Positions 53,905-63,920 of a stretch of 64,000 bases of DNA are shown here, piece after piece (position 1 is the stretch's first letter; the number at the start of each line of letters is the position of its first letter). The notes under the pieces are model-generated. The model saw only the letters and a program-made list of their open reading frames with translations, did no database searches and was not told where the DNA came from. The DNA comes from Dehalococcoidia bacterium (lineage in GTDB: Bacteria > Chloroflexota > Dehalococcoidia > Bin125): positions 2,102,828-2,166,827 of the forward strand of contig OZ247431.1 in NCBI GenBank assembly GCA_965232875.1, given 5' to 3'. The translations under genes were made by a program, and so were the position numbers.

Positions 53905-53994
53905 TGGAGCGGGGGACGGGATTCACTGGTTAGCGCTTCTGGGGCGCGGCCACCTGCTTGGAAGGCAGGAGCTCTACCCCTGAGCTACCCCCGC
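53905..53994 (-). pseudogene. Degenerate duplicate of tRNA-Gly(UCC): T-arm replaced by a 21-nt segment
   Basis: It is identical to 53806-53880 except that plus-strand gaaccc is replaced by actggttagcgcttctggggc. This removes the 5' T-stem strand and the GTTC of the T-loop. Confidence 0.6.
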
Positions 53995-54054
53995 TGACTT
54001 TGCCTAGCTTAGCGGCCGTCCGCTCGGACTCAACGAGCCCGAGCGGTTGGTGAT

Positions 54055-55668
54055 TTACCGCTCTCTGAGCTGTCGTAACTCCGGATCCTTGCGCAGCTCG
54101 CGGTAGGCCTTGCTCTGGATCTGGCGAATTCGCTCTCGAGTTAGTCCGAAACGCTTGCCGACCTCTTCCAGGGTGTGCTCGTCGCCGTCCTGGAGGCCAA
54201 AGCGCATGGCTAGCACGGCAGCTTCACGCGGCTCCAGACGCCTGAGCGCTTCGTGCGTCATCCCCGTCAGCGCTCGTTGTAGGACTTCGTCCTCCGGAGA
54301 GAGTGCGTCCTCGTCGGCGAGGAAGCGTGTCAGGTCGGAGTCGTCGTCCTCGTCCGACACGCTCTTGTCGAGCGAGGCCGGCGTCATCGAGATGCGCCGC
54401 AACGCCCGAACGCGATCCTCAGTCTCGTCCAATTCCATGGCGAGTTCGGCGTCGGTCGGTTGCCCCTGGAACTCTTGCCGCAAGCGGCGCTCCGCACGCT
54501 TGAGCTTGTTGATTAGCTCCGAGGTGTGGACCGGTACGCGGATCAGGTTTGCGGTGTCGGCCAACGACCGTGTGACGGACTGTCGAATCCACCACGTCGC
54601 GTAGGTCGAGAACTTGTTGCCCTTGCGGTAGTCGAACTTCTCGACTGCACGGAAGAGACCGACGTTGCCCTCCTGGATCAGGTCCAGCAAGTGCAAGCCC
54701 TTCTTCTGGTACTTCTTCGAGACCGAGACGACTAGTCGCAGGTTGGAGATGTACATCGTCCGTTCAGCGTCGTAGCCGTCCCACTTGGCCTCGGTCAGTC
54801 GTCGTTCGGCTCGCCGGACCAGGCCCTCGTCCTGCGACAGCAGTGCTTCGGCGTCGGCCGGCAGGTCCTCAGGATTGGTGTCCCAGCCCAGCGCGACGGC
54901 CGAGCGCCGGTACAGGCGCGGCGTGACGATCGACGAGACGATCGACAGCGCGATCACCAGGTCAGCGACGTACTCCTGTTCCAGTCCGCATTCGGCGCTG
55001 AGCCGCGATGCAAACTGCGGTTCGAGTTTGCCATCGACGGCCTCACGGAAGCGTTCGTTCCCGATCAGCTCGTCAAACGACAACGTGTGCAGGTACAGCG
55101 TCCTCGCGGCGATCTCGGTGATGCGGTTCAGTTCACCGAGCTGTCGTAGCAGCTCAGCCCAGACCTGCATCGGCTTTGGCGCGTAGCCAAGCTCTTCGAC
55201 CAGTCCGAGTTCCAGGGCGTCAACCCAACGCGCCCGCTCGATTGCGGCGCCCAGCTCCTGCTCCTGCTCGGCAGTGAGCAGCGGCCGGCGGCCGATCTCG
55301 TTGAAGTAGGCGCGCGTGGCGTCGATGTCCGGGTCGGCATCCGGATTGGCAACTCGGCGGCGACGAGACTTGCGCTTGGGCGCCGCAGGTTCGGCTTCGT
55401 CCGGATCGCTGGCGAAGCTCCAGGTTGGAGTCAGTTCGCTGAACCGGACAGTTGGCCGCGGAGCGTCGCTCATTCGTCGCCGCCAGGCAGCGGCTACCTG
55501 CTTGGTCGGGGCTCGTGTGCCGCCGATGTCGAATCCGTCAAGCGGGATCAGGTTGTCTTTGGTTGCCTCCGATGCGGCGTACCGCTCATCGCTCATCACC
55601 TTGCTGTGCTCCTCGATCAGCGTCTCAACGTCAGTGCCATCGTGGTCGAGTCGTTGCTCTAACGTCAT
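54055..55668 (-). CDS. rpoD: Primary RNA polymerase sigma factor (sigma-70 group 1)
   Basis: The ORF track gives 54055-55782. I prefer the ATG at 55668 (MTLEQRL), preceded by AAAGGGGGA. Region 2 reads [38 protein letters not shown] and region 4 reads [22 protein letters not shown]. Confidence 0.9.
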   Translation of the reverse strand: MTLEQRLDHDGTDVETLIEEHSKVMSDERYAASEATKDNLIPLDGFDIGGTRAPTKQVAAAWRRRMSDAPRPTVRFSELTPTWSFASDPDEAEPAAPKRKSRRRRVANPDADPDIDATRAYFNEIGRRPLLTAEQEQELGAAIERARWVDALELGLVEELGYAPKPMQVWAELLRQLGELNRITEIAARTLYLHTLSFDELIGNERFREAVDGKLEPQFASRLSAECGLEQEYVADLVIALSIVSSIVTPRLYRRSAVALGWDTNPEDLPADAEALLSQDEGLVRRAERRLTEAKWDGYDAERTMYISNLRLVVSVSKKYQKKGLHLLDLIQEGNVGLFRAVEKFDYRKGNKFSTYATWWIRQSVTRSLADTANLIRVPVHTSELINKLKRAERRLRQEFQGQPTDAELAMELDETEDRVRALRRISMTPASLDKSVSDEDDDSDLTRFLADEDALSPEDEVLQRALTGMTHEALRRLEPREAAVLAMRFGLQDGDEHTLEEVGKRFGLTRERIRQIQSKAYRELRKDPELRQLRER

Positions 55669-55886
55669 CCGATCCCCCTTTCGTTCAGTGCTACCGGCTT
55701 CTCTCGCTGCTCCGAGCAGCAAGGTTCCAGCGCGCTCTCCAACAGTACGAAAATGGCTGCGAGTTTGTTCCCGAACCTGCAAGCAACTGCGTCGCGCTGT
55801 ACGCGAGAAGTGCGCCCGCCGTCACCGACGCGGCGTCAACGTCACATAGTGACAGTCGGGATGTGGCGAAGAGAACGGAGTCTTCG

Positions 55887-56498
55887 TCAGTCTGCGACCG
55901 CGGCGACCCGGTCCGCCGTCTTGTCCTCCGCTTTGCCCGGTGCGTGTCGCACATCGTCGGGCTGCATCGCGCGGGTCCAGGCGGCGAATTCCAGCATGAT
56001 CCCGTCGGGATCGTAGAAGTAGACGGAGCGCACGAAGACGCCGTGATGATTCTCGCGAGCGATGCCGCGCGCCGAATCGTCGTGGTTCAGAATCGGCGTA
56101 CAGCGCACGCCGGCTTCAATCAGTTTGTCACGCAGCGCCTCGATCTCGTCCGCGTCGACATTGAAGGCGACGTGGTTCATCGACGCCACCGCGGTCACCA
56201 GCTCCGCCGACGGATCGAAGAACGTGTTGGGATCGGGAGACGCAATTCCCGGCGCTGGCTCGGGCGCATTGGGGAAGTTGAAGAAGGCCAGACAGTCGCC
56301 GTTGCCGATGTCGAAAAAGAAGTGCTGTCCCATGTCGCCAGGCAGCTCAATGGTCTTGACGAGCGGGAATCCGAGCACGCCGGAGTAGAAGTCGACCGTG
56401 CGCTGCATGTCATGACAGACGAGAGCCAGGTGATTGATCCCGGAGACGTTGAAGTTACCGACCCGCGTCTTGGCCGACTGCTCATTCGTGTTGGTCAT
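55887..56498 (-). CDS. VOC-family (glyoxalase/bleomycin-resistance/extradiol-dioxygenase fold) protein
   Basis: 203-aa ORF. INHLALVCHDMQRTVDFYSGVLGFPLV and MNHVAFNVD are the paired beta-alpha-beta-beta-beta module motifs. Confidence 0.75.
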   Translation of the reverse strand: MTNTNEQSAKTRVGNFNVSGINHLALVCHDMQRTVDFYSGVLGFPLVKTIELPGDMGQHFFFDIGNGDCLAFFNFPNAPEPAPGIASPDPNTFFDPSAELVTAVASMNHVAFNVDADEIEALRDKLIEAGVRCTPILNHDDSARGIARENHHGVFVRSVYFYDPDGIMLEFAAWTRAMQPDDVRHAPGKAEDKTADRVAAVAD

Positions 56499-56504
56499 GT
56501 GTCC

Positions 56505-57150
56505 TGCTCCTCGTCGGTTGTGGGAATCTCAGGATACGCCCCTGACCGCGTCTCGTGGAGGCGTTCGGCGGCTAGACGAATTCTGCTGTTTCAGGTTTTC
56601 AGCCAACTTTTTTTCTGGGGCGCCAACCACAGGGATATGGGCACGATTTTCAGCGTATTGCTGAAGATCGTTGGTTTGAGGACTCTCAGATGTTTCAGCT
56701 TTTTTCAGCTTTTTCAGGTGTGTAGAGCTTCAACATCGTTCTGGTTTGTTCGATTCTGTTCGGATTTCTTCGAGTCCGAGCCAGCGCGCGCGCGCCGAGT
56801 TGGGAGGCACTGGCAGCACAGATGGGGTATGGGCCAATTGGTTGGGTGGGACATGACAGATGGAGCGGTCTGGACGACTGGCGGACAGTTTGCGGCGGAC
56901 AGATTGCGGCGGACAGTTTCCGGGCGGGCGAACTGAGGCGGAAGTCCAGTTTTTTTGGGGGAGATCATGCAATCCGAGTGGACAATTTTGGGAGATATCG
57001 TGGCGCTTTTCTCGGTTTGAGGCGAAGATTCGAGCGGAAACAGTTCGAGAATGGTCAATTCGCGACTCTGAGGAGCGAAGGCGCTCATGAGGGTGTCCGT
57101 TCGGCGCAAGCTCTTTGATAGGACAAACGTACTCAGTATTGCTGAGGCGG
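56505..57150 (-). repeat. Family D element, copy D3 (inverted relative to D1)
   Basis: The reverse complement of 56581-56780 aligns with D1 19310-19480. Matches are aatccgaacagaatcgaacaa, cacctgaaaaagctgaaaaaagctgaaac and ccagaaaaaaagttggctgaaaacctgaaac. It also carries tandem gcggcggacag(t/a)tt at 56880-56915. Confidence 0.5.
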
Positions 57151-57283
57151 TCAATAGGATGGACCGGTAGTGGGCTGAGGCAAGGGACGGGGCCGCATTG
57201 TGAACGCTCGCGGGCTGGAGGCCATTTCTATCGACTGGATTACTTGCGATATCAAAATCATCTATCGTGATTACCGCTAACTA

Positions 57284-57311
57284 TTGACGATACCCGCATC
57301 ATCCGTACCTT
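57284..57311 (+). promoter_or_regulatory. Possible sigma-70-type promoter for aceB-aceA
   Basis: TTGACG (57284-57289), a 16-nt spacer, then TACCTT (57306-57311). It lies in an AT-rich stretch about 120 nt upstream of aceB. Weak call from pattern only. Confidence 0.25.
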
Positions 57312-57430
57312 AATCAAACGTTCACAAAGGATACTCACCAACGGCTCCCACGATCGTCGTGCGAAGCCTGTCATAACCACTCATAACCACCATGCGGCAG
57401 AGAGACCGCGAGCAGGGACTGAGCACTCCG

Positions 57431-59026
57431 ATGACCCAGACCACCGAAATCAGTACTCCAGACGGCGTTGAAGTCGTCGGAGCCATACAGGACGGCTTCG
57501 ACGCGATTCTGACCGAGGACGCGTTGGCATTTGTCGCGGGTCTGCACCGGAAGTTCAACGCCCGCCGGCAGGAACTGCTGGAGCGCCGCATGGTGCGCCA
57601 GGCCGAGTTTGACCAGGGCGCGCTGCCCGACTTCCTCTCTGACACCGAGGAAGTCCGCTTCGGCTCCTGGCAGGTCGCACCGACACCTGAAGACCTGCAA
57701 CAGCGCTGGGCCGAAATCACCGGCCCGGTCGACCGCAAGATGATGATCGGCGCACTCAACTCGGGCGCCGATGCATTCATGGCCGACTTCGAAGACTCCT
57801 TGTCGCCGACCTGGGACAATGTCGTCAATGGGCAGATCAACGCCCGCGACGCTGTTCGCCGGGAAATCACATTTGAGAATCCCGATGGCTCGGTGCGCAC
57901 GCTCAACGAGCAGATCGCCACGCTGTTGATTCGGCCGCGGGGCTGGCACCTGGACGAGAAGCACGTGCTGGTCGACGGCGAACCGGTCGCCGCCTCGCTG
58001 TTCGACTTCGGCATGTACATGTTCCACAACGCCGCTGAGCGCGTCGCTCGTGGGACCGGCCCCTACTTCTATCTGCCCAAACTGGAATCGCATCTGGAAG
58101 CGCGCCTCTGGAATGACGCCTTCGTCAAGGCCCAGAACGACCTTGGCGTGCCCCAGGGCAGCATTCGCGCGACGGTGCTGATCGAGACGCTGCCGGCAGC
58201 ATTCGAGATGGAAGAAATCCTCTACGAGCTGCGCGATCACTCCGCCGGACTCAACGCCGGTCGCTGGGACTACATCTTCTCGGCGGTCAAGCGCTTCAAG
58301 TCGCAGCCGACCTTCACCCTGCCCGATCGCGTCCAGGTGACCATGACGACACCGTTCATGCGCGCCTACACCGAACTCCTCGTGCGCACCTGTCACAAGC
58401 GCGGCGCACACGCGATGGGCGGCATGGCGGCGTTTATCCCTTCTCGGCGCGACCCTGAGATCAACGAGATCGCTCTGACCGGCGTACGCGCCGACAAGGA
58501 GCGCGAGTCGACCGACGGCTTCGACGGCACCTGGGTCGCGCATCCCGACCTGGTGAACGTCGCCCGTGACATCTTCGAAACCAATCTCAACGGCGCCCGC
58601 AACCAACGCGAGCGGATGCGCGAGGACGTGAGCGTTGCCGCCGGCGACCTTGTTTCACTCGATCAGTCCGGCGGTTCGGTTTCGGAAGCCGGATTGCGAC
58701 TGAACATCTCTGTTGCGTTGCAGTACATCAATAGCTGGCTCAACGGAGTCGGCGCGGCTGCGATCAACAACCTCATGGAAGACGCAGCGACGGCGGAGAT
58801 CTCCCGCGGGCAGCTCTGGCAGTGGATTCAACACAATGCCGAGCTCGACGACGGCCGCTCGATCACGTCGGACCTGTACGAAACGCTGCGCGACGAGGAA
58901 CTGGCCTCGCTGGGCGGCTCAGAAGCATCCCGCTTTGGCGACGCGGTTGAGATTCTCGATCAACTCGTACTAACCGAGGAGTTCCCTGAGTTCCTCACGT
59001 TGCCCGCCTACGAATACCTCGACTAG
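57431..59026 (+). CDS. aceB: Malate synthase A
   Basis: The ORF track gives 57392. I prefer the ATG at 57431 (MTQTTEIS). [25 protein letters not shown] and WVAHPDLV are typical of malate synthase A (about 530 aa). Confidence 0.9.
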   Translation: MTQTTEISTPDGVEVVGAIQDGFDAILTEDALAFVAGLHRKFNARRQELLERRMVRQAEFDQGALPDFLSDTEEVRFGSWQVAPTPEDLQQRWAEITGPVDRKMMIGALNSGADAFMADFEDSLSPTWDNVVNGQINARDAVRREITFENPDGSVRTLNEQIATLLIRPRGWHLDEKHVLVDGEPVAASLFDFGMYMFHNAAERVARGTGPYFYLPKLESHLEARLWNDAFVKAQNDLGVPQGSIRATVLIETLPAAFEMEEILYELRDHSAGLNAGRWDYIFSAVKRFKSQPTFTLPDRVQVTMTTPFMRAYTELLVRTCHKRGAHAMGGMAAFIPSRRDPEINEIALTGVRADKERESTDGFDGTWVAHPDLVNVARDIFETNLNGARNQRERMREDVSVAAGDLVSLDQSGGSVSEAGLRLNISVALQYINSWLNGVGAAAINNLMEDAATAEISRGQLWQWIQHNAELDDGRSITSDLYETLRDEELASLGGSEASRFGDAVEILDQLVLTEEFPEFLTLPAYEYLD

Positions 59027-59164
59027 ACCATCCGGCTAGACCAAGAGGCGATAACAGGTCAAAGTAAGCGAGCACCCAACCACAGGCATAACGGCTAGAC
59101 CAAGCCGCTGAGAGACGTGAACCGACGCCAAGGTTCGGCCACGTACAGCCACGGAGGATCCCTG

Positions 59165-60493
59165 ATGACGACGAACGGCACGAACGGGACGGGTAACCCC
59201 CAGGACAGCGCCGCCGCCGCACTCGAACACGAGTGGGCGACGAACCCGCGCTGGGCGGGAGTACAGCGGAACTATACGGCCGCCGACGTACTCAAGCTGC
59301 GCCCCTCGCTGCTGCCCGAATCGGCCCTCGCCCGCAATGGGGCCGACCGACTCTGGAAGGCAATGCAGGACACCGACTTCGTTCGCACGTTTGGCGCTGT
59401 CACTGGCGCGCAGGCCGTGCAGATGGCCAAGGCTGGACTACAGGCCATCTACGTCTCCGGCTGGCAGGTCGCTGCCGACGCCAACACGTCGGGTCACACC
59501 TATCCCGACCAGTCGCTCTACCCGGTCAACAGCGTCCCCTCGCTGGTCAAGCGCCTCAACAACGCGCTGATGCGCGCCGACCAGGTCGACCGACTCGAGG
59601 GTCGCGCCAGCGTTGACTACTACCTGCCGGTCGTGGCCGACGCCGAAGCCGGTTTCGGCGGCCCGATCCACGCCTTCGAGCTGATGCGCAACATGATCGA
59701 GGCCGGCGCCGGTGGGGTCCACTACGAGGACCAGCTCGCAGCTGAGAAGAAGTGCGGCCACATGGGCGGCAAGGTGCTCGTCCCCACGGCCCAGCACGTT
59801 CGCACGCTGCAGGCGGCTCGCCTGGCAGCCGACGTGATGGACGTTCCCACCATCTTGATGGCGCGAACCGACGCCCTCTCGGCGACGTTGATGACGACCG
59901 ACATTGACGAGCGCGACCGCGAGTTCACCACTGGCGAACGCACAGCCGAGGGTTACTTCTCGGTCACCGGCGGGATCGACTCCGCGATCGCTCGTGGACT
60001 CGCCTTTGCTCCGCACGCTGACCTGATCTGGTGTGAGACCTCGGTGCCGGACATCGGCGAGGCCCGTGACTTCGCGCAGGCGGTGCAAGCCGAGTACCCG
60101 GGCAAGATGCTGGCTTACAACTGCTCACCCTCCTTCAACTGGAAGCGCCATCTCGACGACTCGACCATCGCGAACTTCCAGGAACAGTTGGCCGACATGG
60201 GCTACAGCTTCCAGTTCATCACGCTGGCCGGCTGGCACGGGATTAACTACCACACCTTCAATCTCGCCAGCGGCTACCGCGACCGCGGCATGGCCGCCTA
60301 CGTCGAGCTGCAGGAAGGTGAGTTCGAGGCTGAGGCCTATGGTTACACTGCGACCAAGCACCAGCGCGAAGCGGGTACATCCTACTTCGACGAGGTCCTG
60401 CTCACGGTCACCGGTGGAGACGCCGCAACAACGGCGTTGAGCGGCTCGACCGAGGCCGCCCAGTTCACCGAGGAAGCCGTCGCCGCGCACTAG
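59165..60493 (+). CDS. aceA: Isocitrate lyase
   Basis: The ORF track gives 59117. I prefer the ATG at 59165 (MTTNGTNG). It has the ICL signature [13 protein letters not shown]. Confidence 0.9.
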   Translation: MTTNGTNGTGNPQDSAAAALEHEWATNPRWAGVQRNYTAADVLKLRPSLLPESALARNGADRLWKAMQDTDFVRTFGAVTGAQAVQMAKAGLQAIYVSGWQVAADANTSGHTYPDQSLYPVNSVPSLVKRLNNALMRADQVDRLEGRASVDYYLPVVADAEAGFGGPIHAFELMRNMIEAGAGGVHYEDQLAAEKKCGHMGGKVLVPTAQHVRTLQAARLAADVMDVPTILMARTDALSATLMTTDIDERDREFTTGERTAEGYFSVTGGIDSAIARGLAFAPHADLIWCETSVPDIGEARDFAQAVQAEYPGKMLAYNCSPSFNWKRHLDDSTIANFQEQLADMGYSFQFITLAGWHGINYHTFNLASGYRDRGMAAYVELQEGEFEAEAYGYTATKHQREAGTSYFDEVLLTVTGGDAATTALSGSTEAAQFTEEAVAAH

Positions 60494-60518
60494 TCCCGAT
60501 GACCCAGCAACGCAATCA

Positions 60519-60545
60519 CGAAGCCCCGCTCCGGCGGGGCTTCGT
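60519..60545 (+). terminator. GC-rich hairpin after aceA (terminator-like, no clear U-tract)
   Basis: cgaagccccgc-tccg-gcggggcttcg lies 26 nt after the aceA stop. Confidence 0.45.
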
Positions 60546-60567
60546 CGTCACAGTGGTGTGATTCGAC

Positions 60568-60906
60568 ATGCCTGAAATCCCGTATCGCGGTGTCACTGGC
60601 AATGACGTGACCGTGGAAGAGTTGTGGGCTCATGGCCTCAGCATCGACGATGCCGATGACGTCTGGGAGGGCCCGGCAAAATACTTCAATCAGGTAGCGC
60701 GGGAGCAGGTTGACGTTGCTGGCATCCTCAGACGCCAGCCATCTCGTGTGGTAATGATTGGCCCCGATCGGACTGGCCGGATGCTTACCTTCATCCTTGA
60801 AGCACCTGGAGAGGACTCAGTTGCGCATGTGGTCACCGGTTGGCCGTCAGACCGTGACGAGAAAGTGCGCTACCAACGGCCAGGAGGTAGGATGAGGCAA
60901 CGATGA
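60568..60906 (+). CDS. BrnT-like (DUF497-type) toxin candidate
   Basis: 112-aa ORF. LWAHGLSIDDADDVWEGP resembles the KHGVSFEEA..VF.DP pattern. RVVMIGPDRTGRMLTFILE...AHVVTGWPSDRDEKVRY resembles the R..iG....GrlL.vv...irviTar.a...E...Y pattern. Confidence 0.5.
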   Translation: MPEIPYRGVTGNDVTVEELWAHGLSIDDADDVWEGPAKYFNQVAREQVDVAGILRRQPSRVVMIGPDRTGRMLTFILEAPGEDSVAHVVTGWPSDRDEKVRYQRPGGRMRQR

Positions 60907-61163
60907 CCGATTCTCAATCTCGCAGCCGTCTGCACATCATGAGTCCACCGATCTCCGAAGCGGAAGAGATTCCCTACGATCCCGCCAAGAAGGGTCCTGG
61001 GATCTTGCGTCTTGAGATCGAGTTCGAGCGGGACGAGATCAACCGACTCAAGGCGAGACATCCTCGCGGACCGCTTATTCGCTTTATCAAACAGGCTGCG
61101 CTCGAAGCCGCCGACGCCCAGGCCGCCCGCCAGTCCCAACCACCAATCGAGGCCGCCGACTGA
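60903..61163 (+). CDS. BrnA-like / ribbon-helix-helix antitoxin candidate
   Basis: 86-aa ORF whose ATG overlaps the upstream stop (ATGA). The C-terminal segment LRLEIEFERDEINRLKARHPRGPLIRFIKQAALE looks like a beta-strand followed by two helices. Confidence 0.4.
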   Translation: MTDSQSRSRLHIMSPPISEAEEIPYDPAKKGPGILRLEIEFERDEINRLKARHPRGPLIRFIKQAALEAADAQAARQSQPPIEAAD

Positions 61164-61194
61164 GTCGAACCAACCTTCCGCTACCCTGCCGCCG

Positions 61195-63573
61195 ATGCAA
61201 CGCTTCGACAGGATTGTCCGATGCCTCACCGCCCCGAGTGAGATGAGATCGTGCCCGCGTCTGCTGATATCGCTCCTAGCGCTCGGTGCGATCGTCGTCA
61301 CGATTCTGATCGCGACAACCACTGCCCAAGCCGCCGATGCGGACACCGAGACCATTGAACTTGAACCGGGCAACAACTTCGTCGGCTGGGTGGCCGAACC
61401 GATCGCCGTCGCCGACATCTTCGAGCAAGTCCCCGATGCCAAGCTGATTTACACATGGAGCGCCGACTCGAGCAGCTGGCGGTATGCGATCAGTGGAGTG
61501 GGCGGCAGCCTCGATACGCTCGATTCCGGTATGGCCGCGGTGATTTGGATCAGCGGAAGCGATCCCGTCGAATGGGAGCGTCCGCTGACGCCAGCGAAAG
61601 GTATGGTCACGCTCTACTCGGGCGAGAACTGGGTCACTTGGAATGGCCGCGACGAGTGGCCGCTCGACCAGGTCGCACGCGGCATCGGCAAGTCTCTCGT
61701 CAGCATTGAGGTGCGAGGCCTTGCCTACCAACCAAACAGCAACATCGCAGACGCGATCCGCCCGCTCAACGGAGACACCAAAATCCATCGCGGCGACGCC
61801 CTCCGAGTCACCGTCAACCGAGACCTCCGCTGGCTCCAACCGACCGGGATGATGCCAAACATCGTATGGGTTGGGGATATCTCCGAGTCGGTACGGGAAG
61901 AGATCACCGCCGACATTCGACGCGTCGTTGACCTCTTCGCCGAAGAGTTCGCTGTCGAGACCGATTTCTCCGATACAACCGTGATGCTGTATAACGGCAT
62001 CGATGCCGCCGTCGAACATGAGGGATCAATGGCGGAACCTTCGTTTGGCTATTCTCCGGACTGGCTTCGGGGCACGTTGCTATCGGGCCGGACTGGGCAA
62101 GCTCGGCCCTGGGGGTTCTTCATGTCTGCGTGTGGTTGGCTGACACCAAGTCCGCAGCCCTGTCACGGTCAGACGACCGAGACTATCGCTCATGAATGGT
62201 TCCATGTGTTCCAAATTCACTTGTCTGGAGGGCAAGATGTGCAGGTGTCACCGGTGTGGATGAATGAGGGAAGTGCTACTTGGGCGGAGTGGCAGTTGCC
62301 GAACGACTTGCGCAATAATTCCTCTGAGGGCGCACGTCGATGGAGGCTCGATCGAGTCATTCAAACAACTGAGCCACTTGAAAGTGCAGAAGATGGGTAC
62401 TACGGATGGGAGTATGACCTTGGTTCACTGGCCGCCGATCGTTTAGTCGAACGAAGCGGTGCCGATGCGCTCCTTGAATACAGTCGCCAGGTGTATCCGC
62501 AGCTGTTCGGCCAGGAGCGGCGTTGGATCCAGAGGTCTACATGGCAAGCAGCGTTCGAGGCTGCATTTGGACTCACAGCGGCCGCATTCTATCAAGAGTT
62601 TGAGGCGTGGCGTAAGACACTGCCGGAGCCTACAAAGCGGAAGAACTACGATCCCAACGATGTGATACTCACGGGGACACTGCACCATAGTGACAGCTCC
62701 CCGGCCACTGGATTCATCGTCATCGCTGAAGAGTATGAAGGGGAAATCACTGTCGGGGTCGAGCGATCCACGATCGTCGACGAAGAAGGAACGTTCACGC
62801 TCTTTCTGGCGCCAGAGACGATACAGCGGATCAGACTGAAGCGAGCTGGCTGCCAGCTGTGGCTCACCGACGATGGCCTGACAGTTGCACGGCTACAACC
62901 CGGGGAACATCTCGACCTCGACACTCGCAATCTAACTCCGTTGCACTTAACGTTGCCTGAAGGCACCTGCGAGAACGAGCTTCGCGCCCGCGCCATCAGC
63001 CTCCGCAACGACGAGCGCCCAGTTCAAGTCTTGCTGATCGACTCGGAAACCTACGAATGGACGCCGACGCGGCGAGGGTCGCCTGGGACGCTTATAGGTT
63101 TTGCGCCAAAACCAGGCAAGTACCGCGTTTGGATCAGACTCGCTAACTGTGGCCTGTGGTACTCCGAAGGCGGATTAGTCGCTTCAAGGCAAGACGGCGA
63201 TGTGTTTGAGTTGTCCGATCAACCGGTCTCAATCGAGTTCCGTATTCCTCACGACCTTTGTGTGCACCAAATCAGCGGGCGGCTGCTCTACGAAGACGGT
63301 ACTGCTGTCGAAGGAGTTTGGTTGACCGCTTATGACGGAGGCGCCCAGAGCAGTGGCCAAACATCGGCGTTTGGGGACTTCATGATCACCGTTCCCGTTT
63401 CAGGCGACTATGGACTCCATATTGCGACGAGTGTTGCAGACTGTTACGTCACATATTCTACTGCAGGAGCCACTACGGAGGGGCGGCAGGCCACGCCAAT
63501 CACCGTTGCCGACGAGGACGTGACCGGGATCCAGTTCGTCGTCCCTGATGACCCTGCCAGCCTCTGTCGCTGA
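61195..63573 (+). CDS. Secreted putative gluzincin-type metalloprotease (HExxH + E), paralog 2
   Basis: The ORF track gives 61012, which overlaps the preceding gene. I prefer the ATG at 61195 (MQRFDRIV...) or at 61243. It has a signal/anchor (LLISLLALGAIVVTILIATTTAQA|AD). HEWFH is at nt 62191-62205 and a Glu in WMNEGSATW follows. Its architecture matches 48943-51258. Confidence 0.7.
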   Translation: MQRFDRIVRCLTAPSEMRSCPRLLISLLALGAIVVTILIATTTAQAADADTETIELEPGNNFVGWVAEPIAVADIFEQVPDAKLIYTWSADSSSWRYAISGVGGSLDTLDSGMAAVIWISGSDPVEWERPLTPAKGMVTLYSGENWVTWNGRDEWPLDQVARGIGKSLVSIEVRGLAYQPNSNIADAIRPLNGDTKIHRGDALRVTVNRDLRWLQPTGMMPNIVWVGDISESVREEITADIRRVVDLFAEEFAVETDFSDTTVMLYNGIDAAVEHEGSMAEPSFGYSPDWLRGTLLSGRTGQARPWGFFMSACGWLTPSPQPCHGQTTETIAHEWFHVFQIHLSGGQDVQVSPVWMNEGSATWAEWQLPNDLRNNSSEGARRWRLDRVIQTTEPLESAEDGYYGWEYDLGSLAADRLVERSGADALLEYSRQVYPQLFGQERRWIQRSTWQAAFEAAFGLTAAAFYQEFEAWRKTLPEPTKRKNYDPNDVILTGTLHHSDSSPATGFIVIAEEYEGEITVGVERSTIVDEEGTFTLFLAPETIQRIRLKRAGCQLWLTDDGLTVARLQPGEHLDLDTRNLTPLHLTLPEGTCENELRARAISLRNDERPVQVLLIDSETYEWTPTRRGSPGTLIGFAPKPGKYRVWIRLANCGLWYSEGGLVASRQDGDVFELSDQPVSIEFRIPHDLCVHQISGRLLYEDGTAVEGVWLTAYDGGAQSSGQTSAFGDFMITVPVSGDYGLHIATSVADCYVTYSTAGATTEGRQATPITVADEDVTGIQFVVPDDPASLCR

Positions 63574-63578
63574 ATGGG

Positions 63579-63920
63579 CTAGAGCACGTCTCGTCCGCGC
63601 TCGCCGGTTCGGACTCGGACAGCTTCCTCGACGTCGGTGACGAAGATTTTGCCGTCTCCGGTTCGGTCGGATCGGGCGCCATCGATGATGGCATCGATGG
63701 CTGGCTCGACGTTGAAGTCCGAGATGACCGTAATGATCTTGACCTTGGGAATCATGTCGACGGTGTAGAACTGTCCACCGCGTCCGGCCTGGACCACGCC
63801 CCCCTGGTAGCCGTGTCCGGCAACCCGCTCGACGTGGAGGCCGGTGATGCCCGCCTCAATCAGCTTGCGCTTGACTGGTTCCAGCGACTCGGGCCGGACG
63901 ATTGCTTCGATCTTTTTCAT
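63579..63920 (-). CDS. glnB: P-II family nitrogen regulatory protein
   Basis: 113-aa ORF. MKKIEAIVRPESLEPVKRKLIEAGITGLHVERVAGHG...IPKVKIITVISD...TGDGKIFVTDVEEAVRVRTGE is collinear with canonical GlnB/GlnK. The T-loop is divergent (YQGGVVQAGRGGQFY). Confidence 0.85.
   Translation of the reverse strand: MKKIEAIVRPESLEPVKRKLIEAGITGLHVERVAGHGYQGGVVQAGRGGQFYTVDMIPKVKIITVISDFNVEPAIDAIIDGARSDRTGDGKIFVTDVEEAVRVRTGERGRDVL

Noticed and set aside
55452-56936. 494-aa plus-strand ORF bridging rpoD, the VOC gene and the family D copy.
   Set aside because: It overlaps two well-supported minus-strand genes and a non-coding repeat. It has no motifs and a low-complexity product.
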